A DNA stretch of 64,000 nt from Octopus vulgaris (taxonomy: Eukaryota): the NCBI GenBank assembly GCA_951406725.2, contig OX597816.1, forward strand, positions 110,174,001 to 110,238,000, written 5' to 3'. Of this stretch, positions 53,729-64,000 are shown in pieces (within the stretch, counting starts at the first letter, position 1; every line of letters starts with the position of its first letter). Position numbers and translations under genes: made by a program. The notes under the pieces are model-generated. The model saw nothing but the letters and a program-made list of their open reading frames with translations, had not been told where the DNA came from and did not search any database.

Positions 53729-53930
53729 ATCTATAAAATAATATGTTACATTACTCAATAGTCAAGATAAAACTCTGAGTTTCAGATGCCGAAGTGGAAA
53801 TCCACAAGACCATCTCTTCGGTTATCTGGCCATTGAGTAATGTAACATATTATTTTATAGATAAATTTTCTCTATTTACACAATATTGAGGTCTCTTTCT
53901 TTCTTTTGTTATCTTACTGTTTTTACCAAT
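53729..53930 (-). mobile_element. Penelope-type fragment: hammerhead-like motif (53765-53827) closing a long hairpin
   Basis: Perfect 31-bp inverted repeat at 53729-53759 and 53832-53862 around agataa-CCGAAGA-gatg...catc-t-GAAA-ctc-a-gag-TT-ttatct. (TA)n on both sides. Confidence 0.55.
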
Positions 53931-53949
53931 ATATATATATATACATATA

Positions 53950-54815
53950 TAAATTTAGATAAGTCTGGTTTATAAGATAACCCTGGGTTTCACGTCCATA
54001 AAGCGCGTAGCATTACGGCGTATCATCAGATCAGAAACCTGTTGGCTTATGGCCTCTCTAGAGAGCGGCTTCTCTAAAAAGATCGAGGAGGAAAAGATCT
54101 CGCTATTCAATGTCAACAATAGAGGATTGTCTCTCTATGGCTACAGCTCATAGATGCCCTTGTTATCTTGTTGGTCCCAATGGCGCCGGCACAAACAACA
54201 GTGGCAGCAGCAACACCAACACCAACTGACCGAGAACCGCCAACAACCGAGCACGAAGATACATATGTTGCTCCGGTAACACAATCAAGCAACACTCTCC
54301 AACCACAGACCTTCCTTTACAATAGTTGAAAGGAGATACCTTACGTTATTAGCCAACCATGTACGGCAGTTGAAGTACGAGGGATTCCATACATAATATC
54401 ATGGAGAATCCTAGAAAATCCAGGCCCCTACATAAACGGGACTAAGAATTGTAAACTGTGCATAGCAGAACGGGCGAGGATACGGAAGAAGTCCCCTGCC
54501 TCGGGGACTCATATAATCCGGGGACTCCCATAACTCCAGAACAATGGTCTTCGGACCGTGCTCGCATTTCTGGAAATTTGAAATTCCTGCTAAACACACG
54601 AGATAGTAGGGTCATTTACGATCGATAGCCATAGTGTGACATTGTAGTTGACATTGTGTAGCGTTATCCTTTCCTCAGCTATTTTCTACAGAGGCCACTC
54701 GCTTGAGAATCTATAAGACAATAGCTTTGGGATCTGATGATACGCCGTAATCCGTATCGCTTTATGGACGTTAACCCAGGGTAATCACATAAACCGGTCT
54801 TATCTATCTTTATTT
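53950..54815 (+). mobile_element. Penelope-like element 3' fragment with diverged inverted pseudo-LTRs
   Basis: About 54325-54590 translates (one frameshift) to LTLLANHVRQLK..IPYIISWRILENPGPYINGTKNCKLCIAERARI...NSRTMVFGPCSH, a Cys-containing PLE GIY-YIG C-terminus. Inverted arms at about 53952-54170 and 54598-54812. Confidence 0.8.
53976..54032 (-). ncRNA. Type-I hammerhead ribozyme motif
   Basis: Minus strand: gat-CTGATGA-t-acg.ccgtaa...ttatgg.acgt-GAAA-ccc-a-ggg-TT-atc. The sister copy at 54731-54786 (+) has CTGATGA and a GUA site but has lost GAAA. Confidence 0.65.
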
Positions 54816-54967
54816 ATATATAATGTTCTAAAACTTAGTATGCTTGTTTTTCGGATTTATGTTTTACCGATGATATATGTGCACACACACACAAACACAC
54901 ACACACACGCACAAACACACATACACACACACACACACACACACGCACACACAAACACACACACATA

Positions 54968-55275
54968 AGCACCAAGGATCGGGGTGTAGGATGAAAGCTA
55001 GATTCAAGAAATCCGTAATAATTATAAAATACAACTTTCAGGGACAATTGAACAGAAAGTTGTGGATTTTTGCCTAACGAAGTACGATAAACTGAAAAAA
55101 GTTATTATTATATTTCACGGAAGTCGACCGAGGTTGCCGGGTATGCGAATGAGAATACAAGAGTTAAGGAATGGAGGAGATAAGATCCGGGCTACATATG
55201 ATCATAGAGAGCGGAACCTCGGAAATAGTAAATATCCAAGTCATATACCGCAGGATACTCTTCAGGCCAAGCGTG
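54968..55275 (+). repeat. Dispersed ~300-bp repeat, copy 2
   Basis: Colinear with 410-720; both copies follow a CA-rich microsatellite. Confidence 0.85.
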
Positions 55276-56044
55276 TTTTGATTGAATGAAAGTTTACATT
55301 GTCGCTAGGAGGAACTTGTTAACATATGGAAGAATCGATTACAATGTGTATAGAGCACAGCAAGATTGGAAAATGTAAATATAGAAATTAGAAATAAAAA
55401 AAGAAATTAAGAGGAATAAAACGAGAAATGTGAGGAATTTGAGCAAGTTCATTTGACCGGTAGTATTCAATAGGGCTATTTTGTCTGAATCACAAAGATT
55501 AGCAAGGGAAGTGGTTTTTCAAAAAAAAAGAAGATATGTGGAGGAAAGAGGGTAAGGAAATATTTGTAGTCAAGGGGGAGAATTAACTATTCATGAAATA
55601 GTATTGGAAATGGAAATCAAGAGAGAATGGAGAAGAATTGTAGCGACTACTACTATCAATTAAGGAATGTATATTGTGGTGTGTGGTATTGGAATTTAGT
55701 TATGATTCTTTGTTGACCTATTGATATATCTCACTGATTGAATTGCCTCTTCGCTTATAGGCACATATATGTGGGCCTGGAGGGGACAAGTGTTTCACTT
55801 CGAACATTTCTTATTATCATTTGCATAATATGGCGTATGTTTTTGTATACATCTGTGAATTCATCCAGCTGTGAGAGTATCATAATATAGCTGAAAGTTC
55901 CTCGTCTTCAAAGTGATCTTAACTGGGCTCGTGCCGTTTCTTTGTTCCATCTGCCAGAATTTGACCATAGTGCATCTGGCAATAAAAAATAATACCAGTC
56001 ATGCATGCATGCAAACTTTTGAGGTTTCTTGTTTTATGCATATA

Positions 56045-56849
56045 CTAGCAGCATAGCCCGGCGTTGCCCGGGTATGTAAGAGCCCCTAGTAGGCAACGAT
56101 TAATCCCAATCTAGTCCTTTCCCTCTAGGGAACGAAGGCGCATGTGTAGGTTTCAATGTCTTCTCTTCACTCCCAAATAATTATCAAACAGCTATCGATA
56201 ATTCAACCCAGCCTATTCCTACCAGGAAGAAATGACATTCGAGACTTTACCCCCAACACCGCCACTTCTGCTAATAGCTGCTGCAGCCGCAAGTTATTCG
56301 AATACTTTTTTTGTTTACACTTTCTTTATAACTACCACTCCAAACGTTTTAACCTAAATTTTTGACGTACCCTAAGGGTCCTCGGACGCTACTTACAAAC
56401 TCTTGGTTTATTATAAACCGCTTTTGTCGTGTGCATCAAAAAACCTTTTCCATTCGTTTGTTCAGTTTGGTCACTTTTGACTTTTTCGTTGTTCTCACTC
56501 ACATTGCTGCCCGCTTTTTTGCCGTTTTCGTACATTTTTATTCATTCTGGGATACTTACCCCACGTGTTCCGAGAGTTAAAAAGGTCGAGTTGCGTCCCC
56601 TAGACAGTCTGTAGAAAATGTGTTGCGTATAGAAAGCTTAGATTCCCGACCCATGTCTAATTTATCGAATTTTTTTCAGAACTGGGGAACTTTTCAAAAT
56701 TTTCGCTGCGCTAGTTTGAATTATGACATTGGGCTATGTGTGTGTCAAGTTTCATCAGAATCGGTTGAAAGCCGTGGTCAGGGTGAGGGTACAACCTGAC
56801 AGACACACAGACACACACACAGACAAACCGCCGTTTATATATAGAGAGA
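56045..56849 (-). mobile_element. Non-autonomous Helitron with both termini intact
   Basis: Minus strand begins A|TCTCTCTATATATAAACGGC followed by a GT/GTCT microsatellite. It ends in the hairpin CCCGG-gcaacg-CCGGG, then 8 nt, then CTAG|T. Inserted between A and T with no TSD. Confidence 0.85.
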
Positions 56850-56949
56850 TAATTTAGATTTAATGCAAATAGTTTGCAGGAAATTTTCTGTTTGCATATT
56901 AGCATCTCAATTTCGACAGTAAGTATCTTCTAGAGGTATGGAATATTAC

Positions 56950-58250
56950 TGTAAACGACTACCAGTATCGTAACTTGTGAACTACATATAGTACGAGTGT
57001 AGCAAAAAGCTACTGGCCACTAAAATGATTAATTCAATTTTGGCTCTGCCTGCGTCCTCCCGAAATACAGAACTCACTCTAAGTTAGATTAACTCTCCTA
57101 GTGAGTAGCCATTGGAAATTATGCAGTTCTTACATCTGAATCAGTATGTCGTGACTCATTATTATATTTATACGAAGAATTGTAGAAAGTGGCACAACGC
57201 ATTGCAGTCTGCCACTGGCTGATGATTCCCTGTCCTGGATGATAGATATCAAGCAAATTGTTTGCAACAACTTTGGAAATTCTGGTTCACATTACACCAG
57301 GATTTTCAACGCCCATACCATATTCATTGACACTGCTATTTAATTAGCTGTTCAGGAAGGAGTTTTTTGCTTGTCTGCACCTTCCTCATTTTGGCATGAA
57401 TTCAAAGGAGAACAATAACATTATTCTTCAACACTTCTGGTGAGATAAGATTGCATTGAACGAACACAAATCCATGCACAGCTAGTTTTTACACTAAGTT
57501 CTCAAACGTCTACCCTCGAAGGACGAATCAAGCTAGTGTTCATGTGTAAAATGCGGCGGTGATTCCCAAATTTACGCATATGATTAAACTTAATGGAAAT
57601 ACAAAACAGTCTCAAAAGCATTTTACAGATCATAAATTCTACGAACAGGCCCTGTCGTTGGTTACATTTCTCCAGCACTGCAGCTAATATGTAACAAGGA
57701 AAGTGTAAACTGTACTCGATTCATGCGGATTCACGCTTCAAACATGGTGCGATGAATTGTATACCAGAAACTTAACCGCAAATATTCCAAATATTAGAGC
57801 TACCATATTCATCAACGTAATTTTTGAAGCTGTCAATTTTTGAAGTTTACGTTCCAGGCTTCCTCGCTTCTGTCGTGCACGTTTAAATGCCCCTCATACG
57901 GATGTAGCAAAAGTACTTCATAATCACTGCGAAAATATTTTCCGTGGTCGAACACATTATCCTTTATTGATTTTATGAGGACAGACCGAACTTCACGTAA
58001 ATTCAATCTCTTATGAAATGGGCGACTGAAGATATTTTCTCAAATTTCTACCATCACTACATCTCAAAAAATATTTACACCGATTTAGGCTGCTGATTGA
58101 TGTGTCATCTCCACTTCTGCTTTAGCACTGGCACACCTTTATAAGGTATGTGCCATACCTGAAGGACACAGTTTGATTTCTTGAGCATTTTAAATTTACG
58201 TCTGATGATTTGATATTACTAACATCGGGCTCGGAAAGTACTTTTAGATA
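56950..58250 (-). mobile_element. Possible ancient LINE ORF2 remnant
   Basis: Ordered faint remnants: FDH (about 57945, cf. APE SDH), GIISQWQTA/VVPL (about 57190-57230) and FREDAG (about 57055, cf. GFRxGRS). Confidence 0.3.
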
Positions 58251-59499
58251 TCTAATAAACGATTGTACGGAGTTTAGCAGTTCTTGTGTATGCAATACGA
58301 GAGCCAGTTGATGTTTACTTCGAATTCAAGTCAAATATATAATGAATAAGCTCGTAAACTATATGCGACATATATGTCTGAAAAGCCACTGTGATTCTAC
58401 ATGTTGTTGGTAGTGAGGTTTTGCTGATATACAGCGAGTGGACAGCTCTCACTGTAGCTGGTGGTCCCGGCAACCAGACCAGACGATATTCATCTGCCAA
58501 TGGTGTGAACATCTATGCCATTATGTACCGTGTGTCCATATAAGAGGCTCTCTCAAACAAATCTTCCACAGTAGGATGGATATAAAGATTGCATATACAT
58601 TGATAATTTCAAGTATAATATCAATAATAAGGTAATTATGCCGAGTAATTCTAAATTGATTTAATCATGTTTAAAGTCCATTAATCTATCACTGGCAGCT
58701 ACTATGGTATTTTCTGCTTGAATGTAATGAGAAATATATATCAATGAACAAAATGAAAATAAGATGGTTCATTCTACTCTTCGTAACTAAGAAAATGTCA
58801 GCTTTCCCTATAGAAAATAGGACCGAGGCATGATTCATTTGCAAATATCAATCGCTGAAAATCTAACAACACGAAAACAAATAAGCCTAACAACATAAGT
58901 CATATGATATGATGTCGTATACATATTTCCAACATGCAGAAAAAAGAATCGTCAATATTATATAATCAAGCCCAATGTATTTGAGTTTCTAATAAGTTTC
59001 GAGTTTAACATAGAAAATATATAATAGATGCAGATCGATTTGCATAAACAAAGCATATTCTAAATAATTATCTGAAAATTATTTGAAACGTATGATGCAA
59101 CAATATGAAAAAAAACAGCGATGCTGATACTGAACAACGCTTCACCAAAATGTTGTAGAATATTTTAAATATAAATATTAATTAAATTATAAGTATAGCC
59201 GATAGACAGAAAGGGCAAATACAAGGAAAATAAAAGGGGCGAGGATAATTTGATGAGAAATAATTATTCGTATATTACACTGTTCCAACGAATTAATATT
59301 TTTTCTGTCGCATAATGCATGGGAAATAAAATAATAACACAAAAAACAACACACGCAATTTATACTCTCATATATGCGGAGTGCAGCGATTTAGAACTCG
59401 CCAATTTACTAAATGTTAGCAAAATATGGATCTCGAAACCTCTAACGGGTAGGTTTCAATTTTATCACAGAAAATTAACATTGCAAATCCTCGAACACT

Positions 59500-60290
59500 G
59501 ACAGGACAGTTCACTTCATATAACGGCTTCAGGAGATTCCGATGATGATGCCAGAGATCAATGAGTTATATTCAGGTTTTAGAATGAACAATCACGAATG
59601 CGGCGCAAAAGAATATTACACAGAAACCGTATGTACTTATAAGAGGAATGCCTGGAATGTCACTGTAAAACCGTTTAATCTGTGTTGAACGATAATGTAA
59701 CATGGGTAAAATCCCCTCACTAACAGGGTATGCTTCAATCAGGGACAAATATCTAACAATGGAAGTAATTGTATGCAAATAAATATTATATCCCAAAAGT
59801 GATGCACGCTAAGTTTCCGGCGACTGTCATGATTATAGGAGGTCTGTGTAAGACGATCATATCACGTCACCTTACGTATTTCCACGGGGATTTACAATGA
59901 GTGCTATCGAATACTTTGAGATGATGAGGACACTTCTTATGCTCTGGATGGATGATGCACGCAGTAGACGGCAAATGTATGTTTCAGCAAACCTCAACCC
60001 CTTCTCAGCAAAAACAAGAATGGGTGTAAGACAATATTTACTACCATGTAACACAATATATTTTGGCCTCTAAACTCGCCTTAATCATATTCCATGTACT
60101 ATTATTTTGATATACTTTTTGGAAGGCAGTCTAATCGAAAACCTCACACTTTTTGAGCTACATTCATTGTCGACATTATCTAGGCGGTGTTCGAAGTGAA
60201 TGAAGACCAGTTAGTGCAAGTATGTCAAGAAACCCTGTCCCGCGTTGAAGCAGACATCGAAGTTAAAGGCAGATTTAGAGAATTTGGAAA
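59500..60290 (+). mobile_element. Decayed maT/DD37D-type Tc1/mariner transposase
   Basis: PKVMHAKFPATVMIIG...IEYFEMMRTLLMLWMDDARS..MYVFQQTSTPS..QEW...FWPLNSP resembles TKFPASVMV...YVFQQDSAPSH...WPPNSPDLNP (with frameshifts). Confidence 0.7.
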
Positions 60291-61244
60291 AAATCTTTAT
60301 CAATTGAAGCAAGGCAAAAAATACGTTTTCTATTTTCAATTTTTTTACACGTAGATTTTTATTATTATCAGGGACAGGTGCATATTTTTTCTATCAAAAT
60401 GTTCCTGGTGTTTTCATGGAATAGAGTTATTTTAGTAAATTCCAAAATATTTTCTGAAATGCATTTATCTCTCTATATACATTGCTATAAGTTATGATAC
60501 TTTAACTTCAACTTTCAAGTCAAACATTGGTTAATAAACCAATAAAATGTCTCCGCCCGCCATGATTAGGTGGGTATACTCGGCTCTGTGTATACTCAAA
60601 TTACGTGCTCTTGCGTGTGATTTAGTAATCCGTAACAGAGCAAGCACTATACAAAGACTTGTAAAATATAGTTGAGTTTAAATCTCATTAATGACAAACG
60701 AGAACTATTTTAATCAGTGTCGGGCAATACTTTGAACACTAATACAGAACTTAGATATATCGAAGATTACTTAGTCGCAAAATGGACGCACATGTAGTCA
60801 AAGGTATTGCAGCAGGTCGAGAATGCGATCTCCATATGAATTATGGCATGTTTTGAAGAGGTGTGATATGTTTGGATTATTTTCGTGTAAGCTGGATCAT
60901 TAATATGTACATCTGCTTCATTCCCAGCAATTATATTTACAAATTTTCCTGACTGATTACACTGAATTTTTATAATCCCCTGAACATAAATATGATGGTA
61001 GTCTGTGAAAAAGTGTGCTTAAGTATGTGTAATATGTTTCTCTGCTGAAAGTATATATTACATTGAAATATGCAATGATCTCGGGAAATAAGCATCTCCT
61101 CTCCTACCACACATTTTTACACTGACATACTTGAATTTCTCTCTCTCTTTCTACCACTTTATCTGTCTCTCAATTTCTGTTTCTTTTTTTGAATACATAC
61201 ATACTTAGATATGTACAAATATACACACAGATACATATGTGTCC

Positions 61245-61283
<39 letters not shown>

Positions 61284-61480
61284 CATCTATCTATATGTAT
61301 ATATATCTGTGGTCGTTAGCTGGGCGCGTTGCTCATAAGCTGATTGGGATTGTTGAAGCGTCGTTGCTTTCATGAGTAGTGATTATTATTTCGCTAATAA
61401 AAGAAGTTGGTGTAACGCTCTAAAGAATTCTGTCATATTCTCGGTTTGCTTCCAGTTTAGGTTGGGCGTAAAGTATCTCT

Positions 61481-61550
<70 letters not shown>

Positions 61551-61667
61551 TTATGTATATACATATATAAAAGAAGAAAAAGAAAATGGAGATTGGGAAG
61601 TTAATTGTTTATTATTAACTGAAAATTAATCATGATCCCTTCCAGCTGTTTTAATTAATATTCGAAT

Positions 61668-61710
<43 letters not shown>

Positions 61711-61711
61711 A

Positions 61712-61749
<38 letters not shown>

Positions 61750-63186
61750 TTGCTATGCATTATATCGTAATAATTGTCCATGAAATCCTACGCAAAAAAG
61801 CACAAATTTTGTAAGACATGATCATCCAAATCTAGTATTAAAGCGATCCTACATATTTTAACATGTATACGTATAACTACCTTATATTGTCTTTGCTTTC
61901 TCGAAGGCACCATGGGCTGGAATGGAAACCGATTACGCTGTAATTTCAAGTTTGCAGTTCAGTAACATTGATGCTTCCCAGGAGACTCGAGTTCAAAATA
62001 TGTAAAATATTAAGTTACAAAAATAGAAAACTTGAGTTTTCATTATACTTTCAGGTGCACCTTTTGGCCTCATGTATTTAGCTATAATGTCATAGGTGTG
62101 CAATCTAATGTAAATATAGCTAAATATATAGATGCTGCATTACATTCTCCTTTGTGTCATTCTTTAATTATGCTAATTCCGATTGATATTATTTTATTTT
62201 TGCCATGAAATGTTATTGAAAATAAAATATTCTATTTCGATATAGTTAAGAATAATGTTTTTACCGGACATTTTGAAATTTTTTGCACAATTAGAATGAA
62301 CATGAATGATGTGTAGGATTTGAATTGTAGTAACGCAAGTGTTAATTTCTTCCAGTTAATATATCTTGCGAAGGCTTATGCTCTGACATTTACATAGCTA
62401 TGCCTTACATCTTGCTATTTTCACATTTTACGTGAAGTAGCATTGTTATAATACCGAATAACATAAATCGGATAATAACTACATATTTTCCATTTTATGC
62501 CCGTAATTATTTCATTTTAATGGCTATCTTTCCAGTGGAGTGATGTACTTTTCAACCTATAGCTCGTTCCTTTCAAAATAAAATGGAAATTGCATTATTA
62601 CGCTTATATTTAGGCCAATTGCATCAGTAATTTCTATTTCATACGAATTTTACTACGCTTTTTTTTATCACACTATATTTTATCATTTTACATATTTTAA
62701 TTCTTGTTCATGATATTAGTTAATTAGTCTTAAACTGTCATCGTAAAAATGCTATTCATGGAAACATGTCATACGTTTTGGAATTACTTTTAACATACTT
62801 TTGGTTTTAACACATAGAAGTCCTTGAAAACAGCTTAGGCTTCCGTTTGTCAGTTGTGGTTAATAAAATACAGGTGTGATATGGTAACTATTTGAAATAA
62901 TGGGAATTATTATACTCCTTCAATGTATCACGCATCAGAAACAACTACAGTTACACTCCAAAACCTTGGAGATAGACGCACATAAAATGTGATGGGGTAG
63001 AAACACAAATGCCCTCAAAAGGGTAACATGTAATAGGGTTCAAAAACTGAATGTAGTCGTCAAAGTTTAATTTATTGTACCGATTTTCTACTAATGTTGA
63101 TCTATTTACCGTTCAACATTACCCACATAAAATGTGAGATTTCCAATCTTTTCTATATATTACTAATTAGCAACCCAATAAATGCA

Positions 63187-63292
63187 GTAAGTTGACAGAA
63201 TCGTTAGTATGCCTGAAAAAATGCTGGGTGTCATGTCGTGCGTAATCGCGCTGTGAATTCAAATTCCGCTGAGGTTAACTCTGCCTTTCTAT
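63187..63292 (+). mobile_element. 5' half of a SINE
   Basis: gtaagttgacagaatcgttagtatgcc...gaattcaaattccgctgaggttaactctgcctttc. Confidence 0.7.
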
Positions 63293-64000
63293 GGTACTCA
63301 AAAATATTTCGGTATTTTGTAAGGAGATGAACTAAGGACTGTGTGTCTGAAACGGCACGGAACGTCAGAATGCGATCGTGCTTTTGAGTTAACTATCACA
63401 GCTTACATTCTCTACTATGCCAAATATATGTTTATTAAACATATGAATGTGAGTTTCTATACACATTTCTATAGACATACATATTTAATATAAAAGTACT
63501 TAATCTAGCAAATTTGTACTCAGAAAAATTGCTTCTGCAAGAGAATTCACTAAATGAAAATGAGGAATTTTTAATGACACAGGAAAAACATGCTAACAAA
63601 AGTAAAATTTTATAATTATGCATCATTGTAATGATATTTTCTTTTCCTAAATTTTCTTCAAAAATATTTTTTCCATAGCAAATCGGTGTTTCTATAAATT
63701 AACATAATTATACATTCGGTAATATCAAAATCCATCTCTATATATTTAATTAGTTAGATTTCGTTCAAATTAAATTAAACACAAAGAAACGAAAAACAGT
63801 AATTCAAACAATTATAGCATTACATCTAAACATTAGGCGGAAATTATTTAGATTTCAAAAGCATTTTAACTATATATATATTCACTAAATTTTAATCTGA
63901 TTTCAGTAATTCTTTCCAGCGTTAGAAACAAGACAAACAATTCCATTTTTTCTATAGGTCCCTCAAGTAAAAACAAAAAAAATATTATATATTATATAGC

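Overview
AT-rich, microsatellite-dense eukaryotic non-coding DNA. The tRNA-derived SINE family and repeat landscape point to an octopus/cephalopod genome (inference). I found no convincing host exon; nearly all short ORFs in the track are translated microsatellites or transposon debris. Supported features: a young 5'-truncated CR1/L2-group LINE with an open RT frame (45.0-46.9 kb, minus), a second CR1-type 3' fragment, an RTE fragment with a 9-bp TSD inserted into a SINE tail, several copies of one tRNA-derived SINE family, mariner/maT remnants including a TIR-complete deletion derivative, and a terminus-complete non-autonomous Helitron. The most interesting signal is about ten minimal type-I hammerhead-ribozyme-like motifs with palindromic stem III. 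Most sit in (TA)n-flanked Penelope-like (GIY-YIG) fragments or foldback elements, arranged as outward-pointing pairs. Four carry a UUGAAAA core that keeps the 3-8 tertiary pair as U3-A8, and one decayed motif is fused to a tRNA-like Pol III head. All alignments and folds were done by eye, so coordinates may be off by a few bases.
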